Shown: piece after piece, positions 9,773 through 20,463 of the stretch
Numbering within the stretch: the first letter of the stretch is position 1
Layout of the letters: every line of letters begins with the position of its first letter
Origin: Candidatus Micrarchaeia archaeon
GTDB taxonomy: Archaea; Micrarchaeota; Micrarchaeia; Micrarchaeales; CABMGC01
DNA length: 64,000 bases
Assembly: GCA_049964835.1 (NCBI GenBank)
Contig: JBMFWW010000001.1
Coordinates: forward strand, 1-64,000
Reading direction: 5' to 3'
Program-made: the position numbers and the translations under genes
The notes under the pieces: generated by a model
The model's database searches: none
The model's input: the letters and a program-made list of their open reading frames with translations, nothing else
What the model was told of the DNA's origin: nothing

Positions 9773-11029
9773 TTATTTTTTATGCTTCTTTATTTTTAAT
9801 ATTTTTTTTACCTTTTCTATTGCCTCTATCGCTTTGTCTACCTCTTCCCTTTCATTATAAAGATAAAAGCTCATCCGTGCAACTGCAGGTTCATTAAGTA
9901 CCCTATTAACGAGTGGCATTGCACAATGATGCCCAGCTCTTATTGCTACCCCTTCGCTATTAAATATTGTTGCTACATCATGAGGATGTGCTCCAGTTAT
10001 ATTAAATGATATTACACCTGCCTTATTGCTAAAGTCATCTTTCGGTCTAGGGCCATAAACAACAATTCCTTCTGTTTTCGATAATTTATCAAGTGCATAT
10101 TTTGTAAGCTCTATTTCATGAGCTCTTATCTTGCTCATTGACTTATCATTAAGATACTCTATAGCTTTACCTAGACCTATACCTCCCTCTATATTGGAGG
10201 TTCCGGCTTCAAACTTCCATGGTAATTCATTCCACGTGCAGCTTTGGAACTCAACACTTCTTATCATATCTCCCCCGCCTATTATAGGTTCGGTCTTTTC
10301 TAGAAGTTCTTCTCTTCCGTATAAAATACCAATACCAGCTGGTCCAAGCATCTTGTGGCTTGAGAAAGCAAAAAAATCACAGCCTATCTCTTTCATATCT
10401 ACTTTCATGTGAGGTACCGATTGCGCTCCGTCTATTAAAACTGTAGCTCCATACTCTTTAGCAGCTTTAGTTATTTGCTTTGCATCGTTTATAGTACCTA
10501 AAACATTTGAAACATGAGTGAATGAAACGAGTTTTGGTCTTTCTTCTTCTAGCTTTTCCATGTAGTCGTGCATGTCTAGCTCTCCGTTTTCAACATTTGC
10601 ATATACTAACTTAGCGTCCTTTCTTTTTGCAAGCAAAATCCACGGAACTATATTACTGTGGTGTTCCATTTGTGTTATGAGTATGCTATCACCGCTCTTT
10701 ATATTTTGTTCAGCCCATGATAGCGCAACTAGATTTATTGCTTCTGTAGTGTTTTTACAGTAAATTATATTTCTATAAGACTCAGCATTTATGAATTTAG
10801 CAACATCTTCCTTTGATTTTGTATAAGCTTCTGTAGCTTTTACAGATATATCATAAAGTCCTCTATGTATATTTGCATTATACTCTTTGTAATAGGTAGT
10901 TATTCCATCTATTACTAAATTTGGTTTTTGTGATGTAGCTGCACTGTCAAGATAAACAAGTTTTTTGCCCATATTTTTTGTATTCAATATAGGAAAATCT
11001 TCTCTAATTTTTTTAACGTCTAGTTCCAT
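9773..11029 (-). CDS. sufS: Cysteine desulfurase SufS
   Basis: YLDSAATSQKP, SSHKMLGP (PLP Lys), RAGHHCA (catalytic Cys). Confidence 0.95.
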   Translation of the reverse strand: MELDVKKIREDFPILNTKNMGKKLVYLDSAATSQKPNLVIDGITTYYKEYNANIHRGLYDISVKATEAYTKSKEDVAKFINAESYRNIIYCKNTTEAINLVALSWAEQNIKSGDSILITQMEHHSNIVPWILLAKRKDAKLVYANVENGELDMHDYMEKLEEERPKLVSFTHVSNVLGTINDAKQITKAAKEYGATVLIDGAQSVPHMKVDMKEIGCDFFAFSSHKMLGPAGIGILYGREELLEKTEPIIGGGDMIRSVEFQSCTWNELPWKFEAGTSNIEGGIGLGKAIEYLNDKSMSKIRAHEIELTKYALDKLSKTEGIVVYGPRPKDDFSNKAGVISFNITGAHPHDVATIFNSEGVAIRAGHHCAMPLVNRVLNEPAVARMSFYLYNEREEVDKAIEAIEKVKKILKIKKHKK

Positions 11030-11150
11030 TATCAACTATCTCATTAATTATTATTCTTAATACCTTATTTTTCACAATACTTTTCTTAAATAAAGTCCAT
11101 TAGTTATTTTCTGATTTATATTTATTGATATAAGTTATTGAAATTATCTT

Positions 11151-11873
11151 TTATGTATAACCTTTTTCTTCAATTTCTCTTATTAATTCTTTACCCCCCT
11201 CTTTCACTATCTTTCCATCTATCATTACGTGTATAAATTGGGGCTGCATATACTCTAATATTCTACTATAATGTGTTATTACAAGAAGGCTCATATCTCT
11301 TTCTTTTTGCATCTTGTCTACATTCGTCGCAACTATTTTTAGTGCATCTACATCTAATCCTGAATCGGGCTCATCAAGTATTGCTAACTTTGGTTTCAAA
11401 ATGTGCATCTGAAGTATCTCCGCCTTTTTCTTTTCACCACCTGAAAAACCATGGTTTAATGATCTTCCAATCAACTCCTCCTTAAGTGCAAGTTCTTTTG
11501 ATGTATCTTTTATCTCTGACATAAACTCTTTGAACTGCAATGGTTTTTCTGTTATTGCGCCTCTTGCAGTATTTAAGAAGTTAAGAAAACCAAGACCCTC
11601 TATTTCTATGGGATTTTGAAACTGCAAAAATATTCCAAGCTTTGCTCTTTCATTAGGTTTCATATCATTTATTTTTTTACCATCAACTAATATTTCACCA
11701 TCTGTTATCTTAAGCTGTGGATGGCCCATTATTGCCTTTGCAAGTGTGGTCTTTCCGGATCCATTCGGACCCATTATTACATGCATCTCTCCTTCGTTAA
11801 TAGAAAGATTTACTCCCTTAACTACCTCCTTACCATCTATTTCTATATGTAAATTTTTTATTTCCAATTTCAT
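11151..11873 (-). CDS. sufC: Fe-S assembly ATPase SufC
   Basis: GPNGSGKT, FSGGEKK, LDEPDSGLD, ITHY. Confidence 0.95.
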   Translation of the reverse strand: MKLEIKNLHIEIDGKEVVKGVNLSINEGEMHVIMGPNGSGKTTLAKAIMGHPQLKITDGEILVDGKKINDMKPNERAKLGIFLQFQNPIEIEGLGFLNFLNTARGAITEKPLQFKEFMSEIKDTSKELALKEELIGRSLNHGFSGGEKKKAEILQMHILKPKLAILDEPDSGLDVDALKIVATNVDKMQKERDMSLLVITHYSRILEYMQPQFIHVMIDGKIVKEGGKELIREIEEKGYT

Positions 11874-11874
11874 T

Positions 11875-13122
11875 TTATTCACCCTTTGTTGCTGAAAGCC
11901 AGATGCCCTTTGTTGTTATATCCTCTATTACTCCATATTTGTCATTATCCAATCGGCTTAACAATATAGAAGAGGCAATCTCTTTAGCAGAACTGTCTTT
12001 AATATTAAAAAGATACTTGTTTATGAATGAGCTAATAAACATCTTTCTTGCTTGTTTTTCATCTATTCCTCTAGAAATGATATAGAATAACGCCTCCTTG
12101 TCTATCGGAGATGTTGCTGCGCTGTGTGTTGCTGAAACTTCATCACTATAATCTATGGACATATCTGGCAAAGCATCTATATGCGCCTTTTCACTTATTA
12201 TTATGCCGCGTTCATTTACTCTAGATATCGCACCTTTTGTATACTTATTTACCTTTGCATAACCTTTCAATACACATCTTGATTCGCCATCAAGTACAAC
12301 GCCAGTTTCAAGATGAGTTTTTGTTCTCTCTTTAGCATTTATTAAATATGTATTGATATCAAATTTCTGTTCAAATCCTCCATAAACTACTTCATTAACA
12401 TCGATATTGCTTTCAACACCCAAGGCATCGAAGTAATTTATTGACTTTGTCATTTTCGAACCGTTATAAACAAAGTTCGCGTTTATCTTTCCGCCACCTT
12501 CTGCAACTCCTTTAGATAGGTTTAAAAATGTGGTTTTACTGCTGCAGTTGTTTATCAAATTTATTTCCAGAGAAGATCCTTTTCTAACATTAAATTCATG
12601 AAGTACTGCTTCTATAGATTCATTTTCACAGCACGAAACAAAGAACTCTGATACATTCAAATTTGAATTTTCAGAAAGATCAAAATGCAGTTGCGTCATA
12701 TTATCCGAATCATTTATAAACAAAATATTTATTTTATCATGCGAAGTTGGTCCTATTTTGCATACAAATAAATTTTCAGAATATGCATTTAAGAATGCGC
12801 CAAGCTTATTGTCTTTATTTTTAAAAATCTTCTCCTCAAGTTCTTTATCAGAAAGTTCTTTCATTTTTTTGATTTGAATTATTTTGCTGTTGTTTTTTAT
12901 ATAACTTTTCGATATTATTAAATCGAACTCTATCCTTGTCTTATTTTCCATATTTTTTACTAGCTCCTTAACCTCATTTTCATTATTTGTTGTATCTTTT
13001 TGAGCGTTGTTCTGAGGCAGTTTTATTGGTATATAATATCTTTTATACAGTTCGTTCATCTCGTCGGGTAGTTTTTCATACTGTTCAATCGCATCTGCTC
13101 TGAACTCATTGTAATTAACCAT
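11875..13122 (-). CDS. sufD: Fe-S assembly protein SufD
   Basis: SufBD beta-helix with ATHSA and LFYIISRGI; sits between sufB and sufC. Confidence 0.85.
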   Translation of the reverse strand: MVNYNEFRADAIEQYEKLPDEMNELYKRYYIPIKLPQNNAQKDTTNNENEVKELVKNMENKTRIEFDLIISKSYIKNNSKIIQIKKMKELSDKELEEKIFKNKDNKLGAFLNAYSENLFVCKIGPTSHDKINILFINDSDNMTQLHFDLSENSNLNVSEFFVSCCENESIEAVLHEFNVRKGSSLEINLINNCSSKTTFLNLSKGVAEGGGKINANFVYNGSKMTKSINYFDALGVESNIDVNEVVYGGFEQKFDINTYLINAKERTKTHLETGVVLDGESRCVLKGYAKVNKYTKGAISRVNERGIIISEKAHIDALPDMSIDYSDEVSATHSAATSPIDKEALFYIISRGIDEKQARKMFISSFINKYLFNIKDSSAKEIASSILLSRLDNDKYGVIEDITTKGIWLSATKGE

Positions 13123-13138
13123 AATATTACCTATTTGT

Positions 13139-14557
13139 TTATCCTACTCCTCCAGTAGTATCTAATTTTATGAGTCTTTTTAATTCGAGTGAGTACTCCA
13201 TAGGGAGAACCTTTGTCAAATCTTCTATGAATCCTAAAACTATCATTGCTACTGCATCTTCCTCAGGTATTCCTCTCGACATCATATAAAAGATCATATC
13301 GTCGCTTATCTTTCCTATTTTTGCTTCGTGGCTTATTATCGCATCACTTCTATTTATTTGATTGTAAGGATATGTGTTTGTTTTTGCAAGTCCATCAAGT
13401 AAAAGTGCATCACATGAAACATGTGCCTTTGCATTTTCTGCATTTTTAGCTACATGCAAAAGACCTCTAAATGTGCTTACTCCACTACCTTTCGATATGC
13501 TTTTAGATATTATTTTAGAGGTTGTATTAGGAGCTAAATGATAAATTTTACCGCCTGAATCCTGCACTTGCCCTTCACCGGCTACGGCTACAGAAAGAAC
13601 CTCTCCGCTAGCTCCGGGTCCCATAAGGTATATGCTAGGATACTTCATATTAATCTTACTTCCAATATTCGCATCTATCCACTCAACCCTCCCATTTTCT
13701 TGAACATGGGCTCTTTGCGTTACTAAATTATATACATTCTTTGACCAGTTCTGTATTGTTACATATCTTATGTGTGCTCCTTTTAATGCAACAAGTTCTA
13801 CTATCGCTGAGTGTAATGAGTTCTTCGCATAAATCGGAGCTGTACATCCTTCTATGTACGTTACATCGGCTCCTTCGTCAGCAATTATCAAAGTTCTTTC
13901 GAACTGACCTGAGCCTTCTGCATTTATTCTGAAGTAAGCATTTAGCGGCATTGTAGCTTTTACCCCTTTTGGTATATAGATAAAACTACCACCAGACCAG
14001 CAAGCTGTGTTGAGCGCTGCAAATTTGTTGTCAGTAGATGGTATTACAGTACCAAAATATTTTTTAACAAGTTCCGGATACTTCTTAACAGCAGTATCTG
14101 TGTCTACAAATATTATACCTTGTCTTTCAAGCTCTTTGTTTACATGAGAGTATACAACAGAGGAGTCGAATTGAGCTTCAGCCCCAGCGAAAAACTTTCT
14201 TTCAGCTTCTGGAACTCCTAATTTATCAAATGTTCTTTTAATCTCTTCAGGAACATCATTCCAATCATTTGACTCTTTTACCTTTGGACTTCTATAATAA
14301 TATACATCCTGAAAGCTAATATCATTTAAATCTGCGCCCCACTGTGGCATAGGTTTGCTTTCAAAGATCTTTAATGCAGTTAATCTTTTTTCCAACATCC
14401 ATTCTGGTTCGTTTTTTATCTTTGATATCTTTCTCACTACCTCTTCTGAAAGACCCTTTTCGAAGTCATAGTAATCAACTTTCTCATTAAATCCATACCT
14501 TTCTTTATACTCATCAGTTTTTTGTATAACTTCCTCTCTTTCTATATCAGCTGTCAT
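13139..14557 (-). CDS. sufB: Fe-S scaffold SufB
   Basis: GQFERTLIIAD, YIEGCTAP, CDALLL, YMMSRG. Confidence 0.95.
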   Translation of the reverse strand: MTADIEREEVIQKTDEYKERYGFNEKVDYYDFEKGLSEEVVRKISKIKNEPEWMLEKRLTALKIFESKPMPQWGADLNDISFQDVYYYRSPKVKESNDWNDVPEEIKRTFDKLGVPEAERKFFAGAEAQFDSSVVYSHVNKELERQGIIFVDTDTAVKKYPELVKKYFGTVIPSTDNKFAALNTACWSGGSFIYIPKGVKATMPLNAYFRINAEGSGQFERTLIIADEGADVTYIEGCTAPIYAKNSLHSAIVELVALKGAHIRYVTIQNWSKNVYNLVTQRAHVQENGRVEWIDANIGSKINMKYPSIYLMGPGASGEVLSVAVAGEGQVQDSGGKIYHLAPNTTSKIISKSISKGSGVSTFRGLLHVAKNAENAKAHVSCDALLLDGLAKTNTYPYNQINRSDAIISHEAKIGKISDDMIFYMMSRGIPEEDAVAMIVLGFIEDLTKVLPMEYSLELKRLIKLDTTGGVG

Positions 14558-14565
14558 AAAAACAC

Positions 14566-14898
14566 TCAAATATCATTTTTTACACTTGAAAACTCGCATC
14601 CGAAATCATTTATCGATTTGCATGCTGCACATATACATCTATCTGCGCTTTCCTTTCCATCAACAATTTTTTTTGCATAACTCTCTATCAATGTTTTATC
14701 TATCTCTTTATAATAGGTATTTTTTTCAATATCACTTTTTAATGTACGTAATCTTTTGCTAATTGCCGCTTGTGTGACTCCTAACTTCTTAGCTATTTCT
14801 TCTTCTGTTTGGTTGTACTTGTTTTTCAATTCGAGTATTAAAATACCTCTTACTAACGGAACTATCTTTTTAGTAGCATTTTCATAATTGCTTGGCAT
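14566..14898 (-). CDS. HTH transcriptional regulator (ThiR N-terminal / COG2522-like) with Cys-rich C-terminus
   Basis: EEEIAKKLGVTQAAISK HTH; C-terminal CICAAC-x7-C; first gene of the suf operon. Confidence 0.8.
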   Translation of the reverse strand: MPSNYENATKKIVPLVRGILILELKNKYNQTEEEIAKKLGVTQAAISKRLRTLKSDIEKNTYYKEIDKTLIESYAKKIVDGKESADRCICAACKSINDFGCEFSSVKNDI

Positions 14899-14957
14899 TT
14901 TTTTCCCTACATTTTTTCAATACAACTAAATATCTAAATTAAATATAAATATGTAAT

Positions 14958-14972
14958 TATAACCTAGTTATA
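14958..14972. promoter_or_regulatory. Palindrome TATAAC-CTA-GTTATA, candidate operator of the suf operon
   Basis: About 60 bp upstream of the regulator start, next to a minus-strand TATA-like TTTATA at ~14944-14949. Confidence 0.6.
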
Positions 14973-15079
14973 TTATACTACAAATATTTATATATACTTC
15001 TAATTTTTACCATTGCGTATATATTTTTTATTATTTCCGATACTTTTTTATCCTTTAAATAGCAAGTATTTTTGATTAT

Positions 15080-16012
15080 TTGCAATTTACAATATACTTT
15101 TATATAGAAGCTTTGCTTGTATTTGTGCTGGTGGCATTAACTGCAGGTAATAATCTTTCTGTATCTTCAGGGACACTTATAACCTCGAAAACTGTTAAAA
15201 AAAGATATGGAATACTAATAGCAATATTAGGTTATATTTCAGGTTTTTTAGTTGAAGGAAATTTTTTAAGAGCGGGAATTAGCAAAATTGTGTCATTTGG
15301 AAATCAGTACTTTGTATTTGTAGTCTTTTCTATAGCAATACTAATATTCATAATAGCACACAAAAAACGAGTTCCTGAATCGTTATCAATTACATTGACC
15401 TCTGCGCTTTTCGGTACAGGTCTGGCTCTCAATACTATTAACTTAGGATACGCTTTTTATATAGTTATATTTTGGGTTCTTGCAGGTGTAATTTCATTTA
15501 TGTTGTGCTATTTCTTGATGAAATACAAAAACAAACTCATATTCAAAAAAGATATATGGAAGACAGTTTCAGTGATGAAGGTTTCATTAATAATCCTTGC
15601 ATTCTTTACGTCATTCACATTAGGAGCAAACACAATAGGTTTAATATACGCTTCAATTCCATCTAGCATGGCCATGGTAATTATAATAATACTGGGCATA
15701 ATAGTTGGCAGTGTACTTTTGAGTTCAGGAGAATTAAAAAGAATAGGAAATGAAATAATACCGTTAAGATACTCTAATGCATTGATAACTCAGGCAGTTT
15801 CTGTTTTTTTGGTAGAACTTGCAACCACCTTCTCAATACCATTATCTAATACTCAAACATTAACTGCGGGCATTTATGGCACTGGTCTTAGCTACAAAAC
15901 AAGATTAATCCTTAAAAAACCGCTTTTTGCTATAATGACTATATGGGTTGTAACTGCCGTAATAAGTTTTATATTGGGTTACATTGCTACATTAATATTT
16001 ATAGTGCATTAA
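15080..16012 (+). CDS. PiT-family inorganic phosphate transporter (divergent)
   Basis: Duplicated AGNNLS / GANTIG signatures, PLSNTQ, about 10 TMs. Confidence 0.75.
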   Translation: MQFTIYFYIEALLVFVLVALTAGNNLSVSSGTLITSKTVKKRYGILIAILGYISGFLVEGNFLRAGISKIVSFGNQYFVFVVFSIAILIFIIAHKKRVPESLSITLTSALFGTGLALNTINLGYAFYIVIFWVLAGVISFMLCYFLMKYKNKLIFKKDIWKTVSVMKVSLIILAFFTSFTLGANTIGLIYASIPSSMAMVIIIILGIIVGSVLLSSGELKRIGNEIIPLRYSNALITQAVSVFLVELATTFSIPLSNTQTLTAGIYGTGLSYKTRLILKKPLFAIMTIWVVTAVISFILGYIATLIFIVH

Positions 16013-16086
16013 ATAAGACTCTAAGTAAAATTTAATTAAAAAATAAATAAGAAATAAAAATAGTTAAAATTTATTCGAGTGAATTT

Positions 16087-17031
16087 ATGGATACTATACC
16101 ATTAGGAAAATCAAAAGAAAAAATACCAATTTTAGGTATCGGAACATGGAAGTTAGGTGCGGATGAAGATACAACCATAACGGTAATAAAAGAAGCCATT
16201 TCAAAAGGTTTACGATTAGTAGATACTGCACAAATGTATCAAAATGAGGTAGTAATAGGAAAAGCAATATCTAATACTAATGCTTTCATATGCACAAAGG
16301 TTTCTCCAGATAATTTTCATGAAAGATCTTTAATTTCCTCATGCGAATCAAGTCTTAGAAAATTAAATGCAAAACATATTGACCTATATCAGCTGCATTG
16401 GCCAAATCCATCAATAAAAATATCCGAGACTATGCGCGCAATGGAAAAACTTGTAGATGAAGGAAAAATAAGATATATTGGAGTAAGTAACTTTTCAGTT
16501 TCAGAACTAGAAGAAGCGATGGGCGTTATGAAAAAGTATGAGATTTCATCTAATCAAATAGAGTATAGTGTTCTAACTAGAGAGTTTGGCGATTCTCTCG
16601 AAAGTTTCTGTAAATCAAATAAGATAACAATGATTGCTTACAGTCCTTTAGCTACTGGCAAATTATACGATGAAAAATACAAGGGTGTATTCTTAATTTT
16701 ATCTGAGATAGGTTTAAAATACAATAAAACTCCAACACAAGTAGCGCTAAACTGGCTTTTGCAAAAAGGAAATATCTGTGCAATACCAAAAATATCCTCA
16801 ATAAAACATTTAAATGAAAATATAGGTGCTCTTAATTGGCATCTTAGTCAAAAAGATATTCAAAAAATAGATGAGATAGGCCAGCTTAAAGCTCCTCTCG
16901 CATCACGTCTAAATAATGTAACTAAAAGAATGGCACCTGTATGGTCTAAGTTGATGACATTTAATGAAAGTCTAAGAATAAATAAAAAAACAAAGAAAAA
17001 AGATCAAGAAAAGCCTTTTGAAGAAACATAA
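16087..17031 (+). CDS. Aldo/keto reductase
   Basis: GIGTW, DTAQMY, DLYQLHWP, IGVSNF, AYSPL, IPK. Confidence 0.93.
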   Translation: MDTIPLGKSKEKIPILGIGTWKLGADEDTTITVIKEAISKGLRLVDTAQMYQNEVVIGKAISNTNAFICTKVSPDNFHERSLISSCESSLRKLNAKHIDLYQLHWPNPSIKISETMRAMEKLVDEGKIRYIGVSNFSVSELEEAMGVMKKYEISSNQIEYSVLTREFGDSLESFCKSNKITMIAYSPLATGKLYDEKYKGVFLILSEIGLKYNKTPTQVALNWLLQKGNICAIPKISSIKHLNENIGALNWHLSQKDIQKIDEIGQLKAPLASRLNNVTKRMAPVWSKLMTFNESLRINKKTKKKDQEKPFEET

Positions 17032-17438
17032 TCACAGCTTTCATAATTTAATTGTAACTCTATTTTTTTAATATCCTCTACCGTTCCATTCTTCAAGAAG
17101 TTGTTAAGTTTTTCCATTGAGTTGGTTACAACCAAAAGATTTTTTGGGTTTTTTACAGTAGAGTCTTTTAGTGCATTTCCAATATCCTTGTAATCAGATA
17201 GCAAAATAAGAATTTCTTTATAGACAAAATCAGAACGCATACAGTTCTCTTTGAGTCTAAGTATTGCATTTAAATATGCTGGTATTATTTTAGGAATTAA
17301 CTTCTCATTATACTCTAATAATATTACAAAGCTATTATTATCAGATAATTTTACTGCTAACTCTATCAATTTACTAGCTTCTTTCTTAGAAGAGCCCTTA
17401 AATGCATAAAGCATACTGTCTAACTCCATACCAATCAT
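17004..17438 (-). CDS. KEOPS subunit Cgi121-like protein
   Basis: AYLNA...MRS...KEILILLS..KDIGNAL resembles the Cgi121 core; size fits. Confidence 0.6.
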   Translation of the reverse strand: MIGMELDSMLYAFKGSSKKEASKLIELAVKLSDNNSFVILLEYNEKLIPKIIPAYLNAILRLKENCMRSDFVYKEILILLSDYKDIGNALKDSTVKNPKNLLVVTNSMEKLNNFLKNGTVEDIKKIELQLNYESCDYVSSKGFS

Positions 17439-17493
17439 AATATATTATTTTTGCTTCATATATATAAATCACTAATATATTTAGGTTGTCAGC

Positions 17494-17889
17494 ATGAGCC
17501 AATTTGGATCGCAGCTTCATAGCAAGTCAAAGAGAAAATTATATGGTAATGGTAAGCTTAAGAAAAAAAGCCGAGATAAAAAGAGATTTGAGATGGGAGG
17601 TTACTTCGCAAGCACAAAGCTAGGTGCAGAAAATAAGATAAACAAGGTAAGAGGAAGAGGCGGCAATATAAAAAATAAATTAAAGTATGTTGCATTTGCA
17701 AACTTATTAACAGATAATGGGTACAAAAAGGTAAAAATAACCTCTATAATTGAATCAAAGGATAACAGAAACTTTGCAAGATTGAAAATAATGACAAAGG
17801 GAACATTAATCGATACAGAAGCGGGCAAAGCAATAATAATAAATAGGCCTGGAAGAGAGGGAATGGTAAACGCAAAATTGGTAAAGTAG
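17494..17889 (+). CDS. rps8e: 30S ribosomal protein S8e
   Basis: RGRGGN, NRNFAR..IMTKG.LIDT, RPGREGMVNA. Confidence 0.95.
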   Translation: MSQFGSQLHSKSKRKLYGNGKLKKKSRDKKRFEMGGYFASTKLGAENKINKVRGRGGNIKNKLKYVAFANLLTDNGYKKVKITSIIESKDNRNFARLKIMTKGTLIDTEAGKAIIINRPGREGMVNAKLVK

Positions 17890-17896
17890 TGATAAA

Positions 17897-18271
17897 ATGC
17901 CATCAAGAGTTTATTTATGTGATGCAACTGAGAACTCAGCCTTAACAAAATTAATGGCTTACGATCCATATTTAGACAAATCACTAAATGAAGAGCAGTT
18001 ATCAAAGATAAAGGAGGATCCAGAAGCAAATATTATCTTTGCAAGACAGGACTATATCATAAAGGATGGGGTTTCAATAGGTCTTGAAAGAGACAAGTAC
18101 TATCTTTATTTAAGTGCATCAGAAGACTTTCTAGAAAAAGCAGATAAAAAGTTAAAATCGAAAATAAAGAGTATAAAAAGAGCAGATAAAGAAACTGAAG
18201 ATAAGGTAATAGCAGTAGTAGAAGGGGAAAGAGAGTCAAGCGAAGAAGGTTTAGGCAGCATCTTCGGTTAA
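17897..18271 (+). CDS. Hypothetical protein, probably co-transcribed with rps8e
   Basis: 124 aa ORF 7 nt after rps8e; acidic C-terminus ending GLGSIFG. Confidence 0.75.
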   Translation: MPSRVYLCDATENSALTKLMAYDPYLDKSLNEEQLSKIKEDPEANIIFARQDYIIKDGVSIGLERDKYYLYLSASEDFLEKADKKLKSKIKSIKRADKETEDKVIAVVEGERESSEEGLGSIFG

Positions 18272-18422
18272 TTATCTTATTATAATTTTTTTAAAAGTTT
18301 TTTAATCTTTTTAAATTTTCTAATTTTCTAGTTTTTAGATTTATTCTTATTTTCTAATATTATTTTTCAAAATGCTTATTTACAAATGTTATATTTTTAT
18401 TTGTCTTCTTTTAAATGATTTA

Positions 18423-19083
18423 ATGGAATATGTTTGTATATCTATTGGCGGGGTATACTTTCACGTGAGTATGGCATAAATGTTTTTTATGTTATTGGTC
18501 TTAGGAATTTACTAAAAAAGCATAGTAAGAAAAAATTCATACTCGTTGTTGGTGGTTATGCAAGTAGATTATACATAAATTCTTCAAGAAAAATAATAAG
18601 GAATAACTCAGTTCTCGATGAGATTGGAATAACTATAAAAAGAATAAATGCGTTAATACTTACGGATATTATATCAACTCTGTACATTTATCTTAATGTC
18701 ATTTCAACATTAGATGAACTTCGTGTAGCTTTAAATACAAATAGAATAGTAGTGACGTGTGGTCCACTTCATGGAATTTCTACAGATTCTGTGTCTATAC
18801 TTGCTTGAACGCAAGCAAAGAGTCGTATATACACGATAAAAACCCATCTGAAAAAACTGCAAAGAGATTTACTAAATTATCATACGATGAACTTATTAAA
18901 ATAGCTTCAGAATTTGATACAAGAGAAGCTGGACCAAACTTTATATTTGATCTTACTGCGAGCAAACTTGCAAGAAGAGGTAAAATAGAGCTTCGTTTTG
19001 TTAATGATAAAATAAGTGAACTTGAGCTTGCAATAAATGGAAAAGATTTCAATGGAACACGTGTTTTTGATCTGAAATACTAA
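18423..19083 (+). pseudogene. pyrH: Uridylate kinase pseudogene
   Basis: ATG 18423 gives MEYVCISIGG, frameshifting into VVGG..SR.YI...LDEIGI...STDSV (stop at 18808). A further frame shift gives DKNP...AGPNFIFDL.A.KL..R...GT. The intervening NATNVDG segment is missing. Confidence 0.85.
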
Positions 19084-19145
19084 CAATATACTTTCAAAAT
19101 TACGCATTACTTCTAGTTCTAAAAGGCTTGTATTTTGTTTTGTAT

Positions 19146-20393
19146 TTATCTTATTACTACTTTATCCGTAATATCTACTACTCTGTCTATACTGTAATTC
19201 ACAGGATTTCCAAAACTTGTATTTATTATTAATCTGTTGTGTTTTTGGTCAACCTTACTTATTTTTCCTATAAGTGCGCCAAGTTCATTTACAACCAACT
19301 TGTCCTTTAATTTTTTAGATTTTATTGTGCGCTTCTTTAAGAATCCTGCCATTAAAGATATACAAATTCCTATAAATATCGCTAAAATAGAGTAATCGAT
19401 AAGTTGACTAAAATATATTTGGCCTATAAACCACGACATAAAGGAGTATAAGAAAACCCAAAAGATTAATGATGAACCCATATAAATCATGTACTTATAA
19501 CTTCTGAAGATATGCCTTGAAGTTTTGGTATCTATTATTCTACCTATTAAATATAGTATTAATACGATAGGTATTAATATCAAAAAGCCCTCCACCCCAT
19601 AACTTAGTGCTAATCCTGGATTATTGTTTATACTTAACTGTTCTTGATAATTTCCTATGCCTATGAATATACTAGTAATTATGAAGATAATCGATGCCAT
19701 ATAAAATATAAAGCTCATTCTATCTATACTAAAGCCGAAGCCTCTAAATGACTCTATAAGCGCATCTTCAAGGCCAAAGCCCTTAAGCAATAAATATATT
19801 CCTATTAATGCAATAGGCAGCTCCCAGCCAAGACCTGCGATATAGCTTAAAGAGAAAAGCAAAAGCAATATAGCCGGTATTCCGAAAATTATTCTAGCAT
19901 AATGTGGCTCCTTTAGCTTTTCAAGTATTGTAAAGTATGTATTCTCAAGACCCTCGGCTTGCTTTACTATGACTAACTTTATGCTGTTTACTTTTACTCT
20001 AGCTTCAACGAGAGGTAGTATTCTCTTATCGCTTTCTCCGTCGGTAACGAAGACGCACGAATCAGCCTTATACTGCTCTAATACAAGCTCTAGCTGTCTT
20101 ACTATCTCTCTATCTGCATCATAGCCTTCTCGTTCAGAGCCTGTTATAGCAGCAACATTTACTGTATATCCTTCTCCTTTAAGCTCGTCGTATAATTTAA
20201 CTGCTTCAAACATAGCATTCGAGTCTGTATCTTCGGGATCCGCCAAAGCAAGCTGCGTAGCCCCATTAAGCACTTGAACCTTTCCTGTTAACGGACCACT
20301 TATGCCTGTTTTTCTGTAAAGATCATTATCAATATCACTAACAAGAATGAGCACACGTTCTTCCTTATTAACTATTTTATCCTTACTTTTCAA
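19146..20393 (-). CDS. DUF373-family membrane protein
   Basis: VSDIDNDL, LADPEDTDSN, VTDGESD, VKQ N-domain; TM bundle; C-terminal PRC-barrel-like segment. Confidence 0.8.
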   Translation of the reverse strand: MKSKDKIVNKEERVLILVSDIDNDLYRKTGISGPLTGKVQVLNGATQLALADPEDTDSNAMFEAVKLYDELKGEGYTVNVAAITGSEREGYDADREIVRQLELVLEQYKADSCVFVTDGESDKRILPLVEARVKVNSIKLVIVKQAEGLENTYFTILEKLKEPHYARIIFGIPAILLLLFSLSYIAGLGWELPIALIGIYLLLKGFGLEDALIESFRGFGFSIDRMSFIFYMASIIFIITSIFIGIGNYQEQLSINNNPGLALSYGVEGFLILIPIVLILYLIGRIIDTKTSRHIFRSYKYMIYMGSSLIFWVFLYSFMSWFIGQIYFSQLIDYSILAIFIGICISLMAGFLKKRTIKSKKLKDKLVVNELGALIGKISKVDQKHNRLIINTSFGNPVNYSIDRVVDITDKVVIR

Positions 20394-20463
20394 ATAAACA
20401 CAGTTATATATCTGTAAGAAAGTTTAAAATATCTATCCGATTAAAATCTATTTACTTTTATAT

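Noticed and set aside
18806..18808. Stop-codon readthrough or programmed frameshift in pyrH
   Set aside because: Multiple independent lesions and a missing conserved segment indicate decay rather than recoding.
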